Shown piece by piece: positions 9,216 through 19,745 of a stretch of 64,000 nucleotides of DNA (positions are counted from its first letter, which is position 1; every line of letters starts with the position of its first letter). The stretch lies in the NCBI GenBank assembly GCA_021648085.1, contig JAKITS010000001.1, positions 816,064-880,063 on the forward strand. Direction: 5' to 3'. The translations under genes and the position numbers were made by a program. Origin of the DNA: Candidatus Magasanikiibacteriota bacterium (GTDB lineage: Bacteria; Patescibacteriota; Patescibacteriia; Magasanikbacterales; UBA922). The notes beneath the pieces are model-generated. The model saw nothing but the letters and a program-made list of their open reading frames with translations. It searched no databases and had not been told where the DNA came from.

Positions 9216-12200
9216 TCCCAATCTTCACATTTATTAAGTCTCCCTTCCCAGGAATTCCTTTTTTGAGTTTTACCTCTGCTATAAACACATGGTCTCCTTT
9301 TGCCAAAATCTTACTTAAAGTAAAAGTAATTTTCCCATCGAACAAATTGGAAAAATCTGTTATTTCTTCCAAAACAGTTCTTATTCCATCTACATCTTCT
9401 TGGATTATAACAGATTCAATTTGATCAATTTTAAATGGTGTCAAAAAGAAAGTATAAGGAAAATCATTTTTATTAATAATAATATTATTTCCAACCCAAG
9501 TGACGCTCGGTGGTTCAACCCCAGCTATCAATTCAAAAGTTATCTCTTCAATTCGTCTATTTCCCAAATCGTCTTCTGCTGTAATTGTCAAAGTATGTGA
9601 ACCGTCTTGCAAATCGGTAGCATAATAATTCAAATTGAACGGATGAGTTTTTATCACTCCAACATAATTTCCGTTTAGTTGATATGTCACTTTTGCAATT
9701 CCTCTTGGCGAGCTAAAACGAATATCTGTATCAATCTGTCTAGAGCCCAAAGTTGAGCTTGTCGAAGGAAAAATCACTTCAATTGTTGGTGCCATTCCAA
9801 GTGATTCATCTGAATCAAAATCTGCTGGAGGATCTTCAAAACTCACCTCCCAATCTGGATTTGCTTCTTGTTTTCTTTTTATCCAATCTTTAATCGATGC
9901 TTCCCAAATATTATATTGATAATCATTTGCTGGATTTGTTGGGCCCTGCCCACGTGGATTACTTTTTACCAGATAATGCAAAATAGAATGCGGTGGAATA
10001 TAAGTTCGCTCAATTATATTATCTACTGGCGTTGAGCTTGTTGCAATTCTACCTGTTGCCCTGTTTATCATCAGTGTCACACTCCCACCTTTAGACCCTC
10101 TTAAAATAGGTTTTGTAGCAGTATTTGCTGGCGCTCCAGGGAAATATTCCAAAGGAGATCCTTCCAAAGCTTGACTCATAAATGCATTCCAAATTGGACC
10201 AGCAACACGACTTCCGCCATAACCTCTTTTCATTGGAGTATTGTCTGTATTTCCAGCCCAAACTCCTGCAACCAAACTTGGTGTATACCCAATTGTCCAA
10301 GCATCAACATAGCCATTTGTCGTTCCTGTCTTTGCTGCCACCTGCCTCCCAGGAATATTCAAAATACTATTCAATCCAAACGCATAAGCGCGAGCATAAT
10401 TATCACTTAAAACACTAGAAATTGTATTGGTCACCCAGGTTTCTAAAACTCTTTGTGGTCGCTTTCTTTTCCACTCTTCTAAAATCTCTCCTCTATTATC
10501 TATTACTTTCAAAATTGAGACAGATTCTACTTTAGTTCCACCATTTGCAAATACAGAATAAGCAGAAACATGTTCCAACAATTTTACCTCCCCCCCTCCT
10601 AAAACCAAACTAAGTCCAAAATCTCCAGAAGAAAGAGTCGTATATCCTAGACGCTCTGCAAACTCAACACCCTTTTTTGCACCAACCAAATATAAAGTCT
10701 TTACCGCTGGAATATTTAATGAGCCCTGCAAAGCCTGACGCATAGTCACAGGTCCGCGTTCTTGCAAGTCATAATTTCTAGGCATATAAGATCTACCACT
10801 CACGGCAAAATTTGTAAGTACATCAAAAATAATTGTCTCTGGAGTATAGCCCATCTCAAAAGCTGCGGCATAAATAATAGGCTTAAACGACGAACCAGGC
10901 TGACGCTTTCCAAGTGTAGCTACATTAAATTTTCCATCGATATCGTCATTATTAAAATCTTTGGAACCAATCATCGCCAAAATTTGACCAGTTTTTGGAT
11001 CCATCACTACAAGCGAAGTATTGTCCGCATCGGCTTCTGCCAAAACTCTTGTCCCGATATCATTTACAACATTCTCAGCAATCATTTGCTTTTCCCAGTC
11101 GAGTGTTGTTAAAACCCTCAAACCACCCGTGTCCACAAGTTGTTCCCCATATTTTTCTACTAGCTTTTGCTTCACATAAAGTACAAAATGAGGTGATTTT
11201 ATGTCACTATAACGAACTTCCATAAGCAATTCTTCCTCTTGAGCAGAATTCTTTTCTTCTTCAGAAATATAACCCTCGTCGAACATTCTCTGCAATACAA
11301 AATTACGGCGTGTTTTAAGCATTTCTGTATTATTCAAATAAGACGAAGGAGCTTTTGGTATACCGGCCAAAGTCGCAGATTCTGCCAAAGTTAAATCTGT
11401 TACATGTTTTCCAAAATAAGCCTGAGAAGCTGACTCTACACCGTAGTTTGTAGAGCCATAAGGAATTTCATTGAAATAAATTTTTAAAATCTGATCTTTA
11501 CTATATTTCTGCTCCAAACGAAGAGATAATATTATTTCTTTCAGTTTTCTAGTATAAGTCCTCTCGTTGGTCAAAATTGCATTTTTTACCAATTGCTGAG
11601 TCAAAGTAGATGTTCCAGCAATTCTTCTCTCGGTAAATACCCCCATCACCACAGCACGCAAAATACTCAGAGGACGAACTCCATAATGTTCATAAAATTT
11701 TGTATCTTCTGTGGCAATTGCACCATTTATTAAATCTTGTGGAATATCTTCCAATTCTACAATTGTTCTCTTTTTGTCTGCAAAAATCTCATAAAGCAAA
11801 TGTTCGCCTGTTCTATCATAAATTTTTGTACTTTGATCCACATTTCTATCTGTAATCTTATCTGGATCTGGCAAATCTTTGTTTGCCCAAGCTATTAAAA
11901 TAGTCCCAAGAAAAAAACAAAAAACAAAGACTGTTAGCAATGTTAGTCCAATCTTCTTTCTAAATTCACGGCGTTTATACTCTGGAAGTCTAGAATAATA
12001 TTTTTTTACCTTGAATGGCGCAGAAAAAAACTTAGTAAACATCACTAAAGGGATAAAAACAACCCAAACCCAAGACTTGGACTTTTTTAGTCCTTTTTTA
12101 ATCTTTTTTCGGCTATTTTGTATGTATCCGTAAGAACGGTTTTTAAGAGGAGGAATTGGCATATTTTTGCTAAAATTAGCGAAATTTAAAATTATATAAA

Positions 12201-12231
12201 AATAAAATTTTTTACTCAATATACTTGACAA
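9211..12231 (-). CDS. class A penicillin-binding protein (transglycosylase/transpeptidase) with about 300-aa C-terminal extension
   Basis: 1006 aa; N-terminal TM; GT51 motifs (EDTKFYEHYGVRP); transpeptidase SSFKP, SLN, KTGT motifs; extra C-terminal beta-rich region. Confidence 0.9.
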   Translation of the reverse strand: MSSILSKKFYFYIILNFANFSKNMPIPPLKNRSYGYIQNSRKKIKKGLKKSKSWVWVVFIPLVMFTKFFSAPFKVKKYYSRLPEYKRREFRKKIGLTLLTVFVFCFFLGTILIAWANKDLPDPDKITDRNVDQSTKIYDRTGEHLLYEIFADKKRTIVELEDIPQDLINGAIATEDTKFYEHYGVRPLSILRAVVMGVFTERRIAGTSTLTQQLVKNAILTNERTYTRKLKEIILSLRLEQKYSKDQILKIYFNEIPYGSTNYGVESASQAYFGKHVTDLTLAESATLAGIPKAPSSYLNNTEMLKTRRNFVLQRMFDEGYISEEEKNSAQEEELLMEVRYSDIKSPHFVLYVKQKLVEKYGEQLVDTGGLRVLTTLDWEKQMIAENVVNDIGTRVLAEADADNTSLVVMDPKTGQILAMIGSKDFNNDDIDGKFNVATLGKRQPGSSFKPIIYAAAFEMGYTPETIIFDVLTNFAVSGRSYMPRNYDLQERGPVTMRQALQGSLNIPAVKTLYLVGAKKGVEFAERLGYTTLSSGDFGLSLVLGGGEVKLLEHVSAYSVFANGGTKVESVSILKVIDNRGEILEEWKRKRPQRVLETWVTNTISSVLSDNYARAYAFGLNSILNIPGRQVAAKTGTTNGYVDAWTIGYTPSLVAGVWAGNTDNTPMKRGYGGSRVAGPIWNAFMSQALEGSPLEYFPGAPANTATKPILRGSKGGSVTLMINRATGRIATSSTPVDNIIERTYIPPHSILHYLVKSNPRGQGPTNPANDYQYNIWEASIKDWIKRKQEANPDWEVSFEDPPADFDSDESLGMAPTIEVIFPSTSSTLGSRQIDTDIRFSSPRGIAKVTYQLNGNYVGVIKTHPFNLNYYATDLQDGSHTLTITAEDDLGNRRIEEITFELIAGVEPPSVTWVGNNIIINKNDFPYTFFLTPFKIDQIESVIIQEDVDGIRTVLEEITDFSNLFDGKITFTLSKILAKGDHVFIAEVKLKKGIPGKGDLINVKIGK

Positions 12232-12339
12232 AACTTACTATTTATGCTACACTAATAAGGTTAAAATAACAAGAATTAAGTCTGACTATAAGTCAGGCTT
12301 TTTAAATAGACTGCTCTTAAAAGCAATAAGTCTAAATAT

Positions 12340-12867
12340 ATGAAAAATTTTATTAAAACAATTAAATACAGAAATTTCTTCAACGGAACACTGGTTTTTA
12401 TTATTGCTTCTAGTTTGATAGTAAGTAATAACTACCCACAGGTAGTAAGAGCTGAATCTAATTTTATGATTACAGACCCTATTACTTTTACACTTCAGAA
12501 GAATGAAACTATAGCACAAAAACTTCCTAAAAGCAACGACAGAGAAGCTATTAAAACTATGTGGGTGGTTATTACTGCTTATTCTAGTACTGTCGATCAA
12601 ACAGACAGCACACCATGTCACACCGCAAACAACTTTGACTTGTGTACTTATTACGATGAATACAGCGATTACAACTCTATTGCTGGCAACGGATTTATGT
12701 TTAATACAGAGGTTCGTATGCCAGAGATCTTTGGTGACAAAGTATTTGTAGTTCGTGACCGTATGAACAAGAGGTATACTTACGGTCGTATGGATATATG
12801 GTTACCTACACGCGCCGAAGCTATTGAGTTTGGTGTAAAGCGTGTAAAAATGGAAATCTACAATTAA
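12340..12867 (+). CDS. 3D-domain protein (cell-wall associated, MltA/YuiC-like)
   Basis: 175 aa, N-terminal TM/signal; C-terminal 3D-domain-like segment with conserved Asp residues (VITAYSS...GRMDIWLPTRAEAIEFG); promoter TTGACA-17-TACACT at 12225-12253. Confidence 0.65.
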   Translation: MKNFIKTIKYRNFFNGTLVFIIASSLIVSNNYPQVVRAESNFMITDPITFTLQKNETIAQKLPKSNDREAIKTMWVVITAYSSTVDQTDSTPCHTANNFDLCTYYDEYSDYNSIAGNGFMFNTEVRMPEIFGDKVFVVRDRMNKRYTYGRMDIWLPTRAEAIEFGVKRVKMEIYN

Positions 12868-12883
12868 ATATTTCATTTAAACA

Positions 12884-12911
12884 AAAAAGAGCTTTTAAAA
12901 GCTCTTTTTTG
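12884..12911. terminator. bidirectional intrinsic terminator between convergent 3D-domain gene and dnaN
   Basis: aaaaaagagcttttaaaagctctttttt perfect hairpin flanked by A/T runs. Confidence 0.8.
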
Positions 12912-12918
12912 TTTGTTT

Positions 12919-14037
12919 TTATTGCCTAATAGGCATCACAATATAAATATAACTATTGTCATTTTTTGGTTTGAGCAAACAAGGTGTATCGCTAGTATTT
13001 ATATTTAAAATAACTTCACTTCCAGAGATTTGTTGCAATCCGTCCAAAACATATCTATGATTCAATAAAATTTCATTTCCATCACCAACAACTTTTGCAT
13101 CTAAACTAGAAGAGTGTTCTCCGGTTTGTGTACTTGTAGAAGAAACAGTCATTTCTCCGTCGCCAATTTTAAAATTCACTGCGTTTACTCCCAAAGTTGT
13201 AAATAAACTTGCAGCTTTTATCTTTTTTACCAAAGATCCGTTTGAAACAGTCGCACCAGTTTTAAATTCCTTGGGGATAATCTGTGTATAATCTGGATAC
13301 TTACCACCCACAAGCCTAGAAGACATTTCAAAATTCGCAAATCTTACAGAAATCTGGTTTTCACTTACCCACAAACGCACATTATTTTCAGCTTGCTCAC
13401 CTTTTAAAGTACCTATCAATCGAACCAATTCTTGAACACTTTTTGAAGGAACAATACATTCAAAACTTTCGTCTCCTTGCGAAATTTCTATTTTCTTTTC
13501 AGCCAATCTGTATGAATCTGTTCCAGCCAAAGTTAGACCTTTAAAACTTGGATTGAAAAATCCAAAATAAACTCCAGATAATTCTTGTCTTATTTCATTT
13601 TTTGCCACAGCTACAACAACTTTTGCCAACGAATCTTTAAAACCTTCTGCCGAAAGTACATATCCATTTTTTTCTTCTATTTCTGGAATAACGGGATAGT
13701 CATCTGCTTCTACACCTTTTATTTTTGTTTTGGAACTTCCACATTTTACGATAAGTTCATTTTCTTCTAAAGAAATATGAATTTGTTCTTCTGGTAAAAG
13801 ATTTATAAAATCAGTCAATGTTTTTGCTGGAACTGTAAAACTTCCTTCGTTTTCTATTTTAGCTCTTAGGTTTGTTTTTATTGCAATTTCCAAATTTGTA
13901 CTCACAAGTTCAACTTTAGAGCCACCTACCTGAATCAATACATTATTTAGTATTGGTAAATTTGTATGTTTATTTGCTATTCCGCTTACTTGGTGTAATA
14001 CGCTTAATAGGTTTTCTCTTGTACATGTGAATTTCAT
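12919..14037 (-). CDS. dnaN: DNA polymerase III beta sliding clamp
   Basis: 372 aa; N-term MKFTCTRENLLSVLHQVSGIANKHTNLPILNNVLIQ typical DnaN; located directly downstream of dnaA. Confidence 0.85.
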   Translation of the reverse strand: MKFTCTRENLLSVLHQVSGIANKHTNLPILNNVLIQVGGSKVELVSTNLEIAIKTNLRAKIENEGSFTVPAKTLTDFINLLPEEQIHISLEENELIVKCGSSKTKIKGVEADDYPVIPEIEEKNGYVLSAEGFKDSLAKVVVAVAKNEIRQELSGVYFGFFNPSFKGLTLAGTDSYRLAEKKIEISQGDESFECIVPSKSVQELVRLIGTLKGEQAENNVRLWVSENQISVRFANFEMSSRLVGGKYPDYTQIIPKEFKTGATVSNGSLVKKIKAASLFTTLGVNAVNFKIGDGEMTVSSTSTQTGEHSSSLDAKVVGDGNEILLNHRYVLDGLQQISGSEVILNINTSDTPCLLKPKNDNSYIYIVMPIRQ

Positions 14038-14139
14038 ATTTTAAAATATTAGTTGAAATCTGAAAATTTGAGTTTCTAGAATTTTATTTTTGTCCTTTCT
14101 ATTAATATATAAATATAAATAGAAGTAGTAGTAATAAGG

Positions 14140-14365
14140 GCTGTGGACAAAGTGGATAACCCTTATTTTTGTTTTGGTTTAGCTAATTTTTGTTTGTTAG
14201 AAATGTGTATCAAGCTGTTAATTTTCTATTAACAACTTGTGTATAAAACTGTTGATAACATTTTGTATGTGGATAACTTACTTTTTGTACACAGGTTATT
14301 CATCTTCTCTCCACAATTTATTCTACATGTTATACATATTTTATCAACAGTTTATCCACTTTTTG
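14140..14365. promoter_or_regulatory. DnaA-box cluster in dnaA-dnaN intergenic region (candidate oriC part)
   Basis: TTATCCACA-like boxes at about 14152 (agtggataac), 14268 (tgtggataact, perfect), 14355 (tttatccact); AT-rich. Confidence 0.6.
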
Positions 14366-14402
14366 TATATAAAATGAATATAAATATTAAACTTTTTACA
14401 AA

Positions 14403-15833
14403 TTAAGTTATAGTATATAATCTTTGTTTAATTAATTCTATTTCTTGTTGTAGTTTTTCATCCATATCTACTTTTTTGTAAATTTTTTTGTATGCATGCA
14501 TTGCTGTTGTGTGATCTCTTCCTCCCATCTCGTTTCCTATTGCAGGATAGGACATACTCAACTCAATTCGCATTAAATACATTATTATTTGTCTTGGGAA
14601 AGATATGTGTCTCGCTCTACTTTTATTTAATATGTCGGTTGGGCTTATATTATAAAATTCAGTAACGGCGTCAATAAGTCTTCTTGGTGTAAGATTTGTT
14701 TTTACATTAACTTTTTTAAATGTGGATATAATTGAATTAACACTATCAATTGTCGGAAAAATATTTTTTAACTCGTGAAATGCAATAATTTTGTTTAATG
14801 CACCTTCTAGTTCACGGATATTGCTTTGTACAGACTCTGCTACCATTTGTACCACCTCGTCTGTTAGTGAATAATTTTTTTCTAGACATTTTGATTGTAA
14901 AATAGCCACTCTTGTCTCTAAGTCTGGGGCTGAAATATCTGCTATCATTCCCCATTCAAAACGGCTTTTGAGTCTGTCTGCTAAAGACGCAATTTCTTTT
15001 GGTGGTCTATCACTTGTGAGGACTACTTGCCTTCTGTTTTGGTGGAGTTCGTTAAAAGTATGGAAAAACTCTTCTTGAGTTTGCTCTTTACCGCCTATAA
15101 ATTGAATGTCGTCTATTAAAAGTAGGTCTACATTTCTATATTTTTCTTTAAAATTCGTAATTCTCCTTTGTTGTACAGCCGAGACAAAATCATTTGTAAA
15201 TTTTTCAGATGTTACATATAAAAAATTCATATTTGGATTTGTCGCAAGCATGGAGTGTGCTATTGCTTGAAGGAGGTGGGTTTTTCCTAATCCAACTCCA
15301 CCATAAATAAACAAAGGATTGTATGCTTCACCAGGACGATTTGCCACAGCGTTTGCAGCGGCATGAGCAAGTTCATTATTTTTTCCTATTATAAAAGATT
15401 CAAAAGAGTATTTAGAGTTTAAGCTAAAACTGTGCCCACTTATTGGCAACATACTAGGTGTAAACTTTTTTTGTGCTGGCGGAACATTGAAAGTTTGTGG
15501 TTTAGTTTTGGGCAGGCTTTGATGTTTTGGTGCAACATTTCGCTTTAAAGCTTCTGTTGCTATAGGTTCTTTTTGTATTTTTTTTATATTATTAACTGTG
15601 TAAGTAACGCGTCTAATAGGTTTTTGAGTTACTTTTTCTAAAAGTCTGACAAGCTCAGAATGATATTTTTTTTCTAACCAGCTTTTTGTAAATTGATTTG
15701 GAACGCAGACTTCTATCTGACCAGCTTCATAGTTTGAAATTCCAGTATCACCAAACCATGTAATAAAATTAGCCTTTGAGATTTTGAGCTCAAATTCTGC
15801 TAGTATGGCTTGCCAAATTTCGTGATTTGTCAT
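14403..15833 (-). CDS. dnaA: chromosomal replication initiator DnaA
   Basis: 476 aa; AAA+ Walker A GGVGLGKTHLLQA, Walker B LLLIDDIQF, C-terminal DNA-binding domain; flanked by DnaA boxes. Confidence 0.95.
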   Translation of the reverse strand: MTNHEIWQAILAEFELKISKANFITWFGDTGISNYEAGQIEVCVPNQFTKSWLEKKYHSELVRLLEKVTQKPIRRVTYTVNNIKKIQKEPIATEALKRNVAPKHQSLPKTKPQTFNVPPAQKKFTPSMLPISGHSFSLNSKYSFESFIIGKNNELAHAAANAVANRPGEAYNPLFIYGGVGLGKTHLLQAIAHSMLATNPNMNFLYVTSEKFTNDFVSAVQQRRITNFKEKYRNVDLLLIDDIQFIGGKEQTQEEFFHTFNELHQNRRQVVLTSDRPPKEIASLADRLKSRFEWGMIADISAPDLETRVAILQSKCLEKNYSLTDEVVQMVAESVQSNIRELEGALNKIIAFHELKNIFPTIDSVNSIISTFKKVNVKTNLTPRRLIDAVTEFYNISPTDILNKSRARHISFPRQIIMYLMRIELSMSYPAIGNEMGGRDHTTAMHAYKKIYKKVDMDEKLQQEIELIKQRLYTIT

Positions 15834-15974
15834 AATTATTTTATATGGTTGGTTTTGCTAAAGTATTATTTTTTGAAGAAGGTTAATTTGGTAATAATTC
15901 TTTGTAATAATAAATTGATTTCATTGTAGCACATAACTTATAAACAAAAAATTGTTCTTAATTTAGCCAAAAAA

Positions 15975-16022
15975 TAAAATTGTGTGGATAACTTGGGTAT
16001 ATTATACACAGGTTATCCACAT
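15975..16022. promoter_or_regulatory. DnaA boxes upstream of dnaA (candidate oriC part / dnaA autoregulation)
   Basis: two perfect TTATCCACA boxes (gtgtggataactt at about 15980 and ggttatccacatg at about 16012) in AT-rich dnaA-rpmH intergenic region. Confidence 0.65.
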
Positions 16023-16173
16023 GTTAACAAGTCTTTATAAAAAACGCAAACGGTAAAAAAACTCTGTAATGGTTGACAAAATCAAATAATTTGTTTATAA
16101 TGGCTTCATTGAGTCTAATGTGATTCAGTTGCACAATTTTTTATTGGACAGTAAGTCCACTTAGTATATTAAT

Positions 16174-16350
16174 ATGCCGAAAAGAACCTATCAACCCAAA
16201 AAAAGAAAAAGAGCGAGAGCACATGGTTTCATGAAAAGAATGAAAACAAAAGCAGGTAGAAATCTTTTGAAAAGAAGAAGAGATAAAAAAAGAGATAAAT
16301 TATCTGTAAGTGATGAAAAAAAAGGTAAACGCCTTAGAAAAACTCGTTAA
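16174..16350 (+). CDS. rpmH: 50S ribosomal protein L34 (with C-terminal basic extension)
   Basis: [45 protein letters not shown] matches L34 consensus, then about 14 extra basic residues; not in ORF track (<60 aa); canonical position upstream of rnpA. Confidence 0.8.
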   Translation: MPKRTYQPKKRKRARAHGFMKRMKTKAGRNLLKRRRDKKRDKLSVSDEKKGKRLRKTR

Positions 16351-16546
16351 ATTTTTTTGAAAAAACCGTATTGTAAGACCTGCCTCAAAACATTGTTTTT
16401 ATTAAAACTTATAAATTTTTAATAAAGAAAACATGTTTTGAGGCAGGTCTTTTGGATTTTTTTGGTATAATGAAATAACAATTAGATTGTAGCTTTATTT
16501 CTTAAAATTTGATATTTAAAGTTTGTAATTTGTTTGTATCTTATTT

Positions 16547-16942
16547 TTGTATTTTAATAAAAATATGCTTCAAAAAGAAAATAGATTAAAGAAGATGAAA
16601 GATTTTGAAATACTTTTTAAAGAAGGTAGATATTTTAATTTAGAATTTTTGACATTAAAAGTTTGGAAAATTGATCCAGAAAAATATCCCAGAAAAAAAT
16701 ATTCAAAAGACGATTTAAAAATTGCTTTTACTGTTGGCTTGAAAGTAAACAAAAGTGCAGTAAAAAGAAACAGAGTAAGAAGAAAAATGCGCGAAGTTGT
16801 AAGGCTACTTATAAAATCAGAAAAAATAAAAAAAGGTTTTATGGCGGTTTTAATTGCAAAGCCAGAAACTTTGGAAAAAGATTATGCTGAAATTGAAAAA
16901 GTAATAAATAAACTTTTGTTTAAAGCACATTTAATAAAATAG
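16547..16942 (+). CDS. rnpA: ribonuclease P protein component
   Basis: 131 aa basic protein directly downstream of rpmH; RnpA-like RNR motif region (VKRNRVRRKMREVVR). Confidence 0.8.
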   Translation: MYFNKNMLQKENRLKKMKDFEILFKEGRYFNLEFLTLKVWKIDPEKYPRKKYSKDDLKIAFTVGLKVNKSAVKRNRVRRKMREVVRLLIKSEKIKKGFMAVLIAKPETLEKDYAEIEKVINKLLFKAHLIK

Positions 16943-16974
16943 CAAACTAAATAAATTAAAAGTTCATAAAGTCC

Positions 16975-17240
16975 TTACTTTTCTGTCATTCCTGACTTGA
17001 CCAGGAATTCAGGAGTCTTTGGTAAATAGACAATGATACAAACCCTGCCTGCCCGCCGGCAGACGGGGGTCATCAATCAAGCTGAGGATGACAGAATACC
17101 CATATGTCATCCTGAGCGAAGTCGAAGGATCTCGGGATAAGTATTACAAAACAAAAAACATTCACAATTTTGGTTATACTTTCCCGAGATTCCTCAAGTT
17201 CCACTTCACTTCGTTTCGTTTCGTTTGAGATGATGTGTAG
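16975..17240. mobile_element. composite repeat: gtcattcctgacttgaccaggaattcaggagtc module + cctgcccgccggcag + Z + MITE copy (17104-17237)
   Basis: atgtcatcctgagcgaagtcgaaggatctcggg ... cccgagattcctcaagttccacttcacttcgtttcgtttcgtttgagatgatgtg. Confidence 0.8.
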
Positions 17241-17281
17241 AGTCTTTTGTCATTTTAAACAAAAGTGAAAATACTTTTTAT

Positions 17282-17545
17282 ATGAAAAAAATAATCAAAA
17301 AAATACTTTATATGCCACGCATTCCATTTTTGTGGGCAATAAAACTTTATCAAAAAACACTATCTCCAGATCATGGAGTTTTTAAATCTCAGCATCCGTA
17401 CGGATATTGTAGGTTTTACCCAACTTGTAGCGAATACGGTTACAAAATCATTCAAAAAAAAGGTCTTATAAAAGGAATTCCAAAAACTGCCTGGCGAATT
17501 GCCCGTTGCAATCCTTGGAGTAAAGGTGGTGTGGATTTACCTTAA
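17282..17545 (+). CDS. yidD: membrane protein insertion efficiency factor YidD
   Basis: 87 aa; conserved YQKTLSPDHG...CRFYPTCSEY...RCNPWSKGGVD motifs; canonical position after rnpA. Confidence 0.85.
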   Translation: MKKIIKKILYMPRIPFLWAIKLYQKTLSPDHGVFKSQHPYGYCRFYPTCSEYGYKIIQKKGLIKGIPKTAWRIARCNPWSKGGVDLP

Positions 17546-17734
17546 AAAGGTTGACAAAAATCTAAATTTATAATAATTTTAGAATAGTTCTTTAACTTTT
17601 TAGATCAAAATAAAAAAATATTATAAAAAACTTTAGTTCGTTTTCTCTCTAGCTTGTTTTATTTGGATCTATTGCTATCATTTTGATATTGATTATCATA
17701 AAAATCAAAAACTCGTAATTTAATTACGAGTTTT

Positions 17735-17962
17735 TTATTTTAGAATTTCAATTAGTTTATTTTTTCCGCTTTTACCTTTTTTAATCAAAATTTTGGATTT
17801 TGGAATTTTCCACTCTTTGTTTATTAGTTTTATCAAAGCTTCATTTGCTTTTCCATTAATGGGCGGGGAAGTCAGCTTTATTTTGAAACTTCCATCTTCC
17901 AACTTTTCTATTTTATTTTCCGAAGATTTTGGAATTACTTTTATTTTTATAAATTTTTTCAT
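17735..17962 (-). CDS. DUF167/YggU-family small protein
   Basis: 75 aa; pattern ...KVIPKSSENKIEKLEDGSFKIKLTSPPINGKANEALIKLI... typical of UPF0235. Confidence 0.55.
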   Translation of the reverse strand: MKKFIKIKVIPKSSENKIEKLEDGSFKIKLTSPPINGKANEALIKLINKEWKIPKSKILIKKGKSGKNKLIEILK

Positions 17963-17989
17963 AAATTATAATTAAGAATTAGTAAAAAT

Positions 17990-18125
17990 AAAATCACGTC
18001 ATCCTGAGCGATAGCCGAAGGATCTCGGGACAATATTACCAGAACATAAAATATTCAAAGTTCTAATGATACTAAATCGAGATATTTCGACTTCGTTTCA
18101 CTCCGCTCAATATGTCGTATTTTTA
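17990..18125. mobile_element. complete MITE-like copy (17996-18118)
   Basis: cacgtcatcctgagcgatagccgaaggatctcggg - spacer (inverted relative of the 2060 spacer) - tcgagatatttcgacttcgtttcactccgctcaatatgtcgta. Confidence 0.85.
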
Positions 18126-18250
18126 TTCATAGTAATACACCAAAATTTGCCTCGGTGTGGAAGTAATTATTACAGAAATATCTTGGGTATTGATCTGAGG
18201 ATAATTTATTTATGTTATCCTGAATGAAGTCTGAAGACTATTTTTTTAAT

Positions 18251-19018
18251 TCATAAAAAACCCAATGCTTTTTTATGAAGTTTTCCATTTGTGGCAACTA
18301 TGTTTGTATCACCAATTTGCCAGTCTTCACCTTCAAAATTTGTTGCTTTTCCCCCAGCTTCACGCAAAATAGCGATTCCAGCTATAACATCCCAAGAATG
18401 TACTTCTGTCATTATACACACATCGGCTTTTCCGCTCGCTACACTTGTTAGTTCAACGCCTGCGGCCGCAAATATGCGAACACGGGCGTTTGCCTCGTTT
18501 AGGTTTTTAAAGACCTTATTTAACTCTTTTACACCTTGTTTTGTATGACCGCCACAGATTAGTGCCATCATTTGTGTGTGTTTTGGTTCTGATACAGAAA
18601 TCTTCTTATTATTTACAAAAGCGCCACCACCTTTTTCAGCCCAAAATACTTCGTTTGTGAGAGGACTTCCCACCACACCAAGCTTTATTTTTCCTTTTTC
18701 GGCAAAGCTAATATGAGTTGTAAATTCTTTGAATCCGTATGCAAAATTGCTAGTTCCGTCTAATGGATCTACAAACCAAGTTCGCTCGCTCCCATTTTCT
18801 ATCGCTGGCGACTCTTCACTAATTATGTTATCTGTAGAAAAATATCTTTCTAATTCTTTTATAATAATTATATTTGCTTTTTTGTCCGCTTTTGTGACGA
18901 TTTCTCCATGCTTTTTTGTCTCAATTTCTGTCTGCCCAAGTGAATTAAACTCTTTTTTTAAAAATGTATTTACTTTTCTTGCTATTTTAATTGCAATTTT
19001 TAATTCTTTACTTTTCAT
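18251..19018 (-). CDS. inositol monophosphatase family protein (SuhB-like)
   Basis: 255 aa; IMPase motifs WFVDPLDGTSNFAYGF and downstream WDVIAGIAI. Confidence 0.8.
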   Translation of the reverse strand: MKSKELKIAIKIARKVNTFLKKEFNSLGQTEIETKKHGEIVTKADKKANIIIIKELERYFSTDNIISEESPAIENGSERTWFVDPLDGTSNFAYGFKEFTTHISFAEKGKIKLGVVGSPLTNEVFWAEKGGGAFVNNKKISVSEPKHTQMMALICGGHTKQGVKELNKVFKNLNEANARVRIFAAAGVELTSVASGKADVCIMTEVHSWDVIAGIAILREAGGKATNFEGEDWQIGDTNIVATNGKLHKKALGFL

Positions 19019-19059
19019 ATTTTATGGTTATTTCTTTTATTTTACCATATTTATCATCT

Positions 19060-19660
19060 CTTAGCTTAACCAGGAATCCAGGAGTCTTTAATCACAAAAC
19101 AGTGAAAGAAAAGAAAAAAAGAAAAAAAGAAATAGATCTCCAAGCTAAGGATGACAAGAAGGACATAATGATACATGACACAGATAACATGATACAGATT
19201 CTTATATAAATTCCTTCCTTACTTAATCTACCCAATCTGCTTATTTCTTAATCTACTTTTCTCTCACGTCATCCCGAACGAAGCGAAGCGGAATTTAAAA
19301 AATCTCGAAACAATATCACAAAAACATAAAATAGTGAAACAATCCCGAGATATTTCGACTCCGCTTCGTTCCGCTCAATATGACGTGAACTTTTATTTTC
19401 GACTCCACAAGGTGAAGCTCAATATGACGTGAATAAAAACTTTTCGACTTCACTACACTTTGTTCCGTTTCGTTTGGGATGACGTATAGAGTCTTCTATC
19501 ATTTCTCAGTGAAGCGAGAAATCCCTTAAACATTTTAAAAACACAAAACACATTAATTAAAACACTGAAACGATTTCTCATCCGTATTCTCGGATTCGAA
19601 ATGACAGAAATAAGGTTTAATTATTTATATTTTGGTTATATTGCACCGAGATATTTCGAA
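19060..19660. mobile_element. composite repeat array (paralog of 7195-7760) with extra modules
   Basis: gcttaaccaggaatccaggagtc; leader about 85% identical to 7218-7330; MITE copy 19266-19386; extra Y unit to 19432; module gaagcgagaaatccc...ggattcgaaatgacagaa shared with 28680-28745. Confidence 0.85.
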
Positions 19661-19745
19661 TCTACTTAATATAAAGAAATAATAGTTTTTTAACAATATA
19701 AAAAGCGCCTTCCTTATGGTTAGCGCTTTTGTTTTTTCTTTCTCT

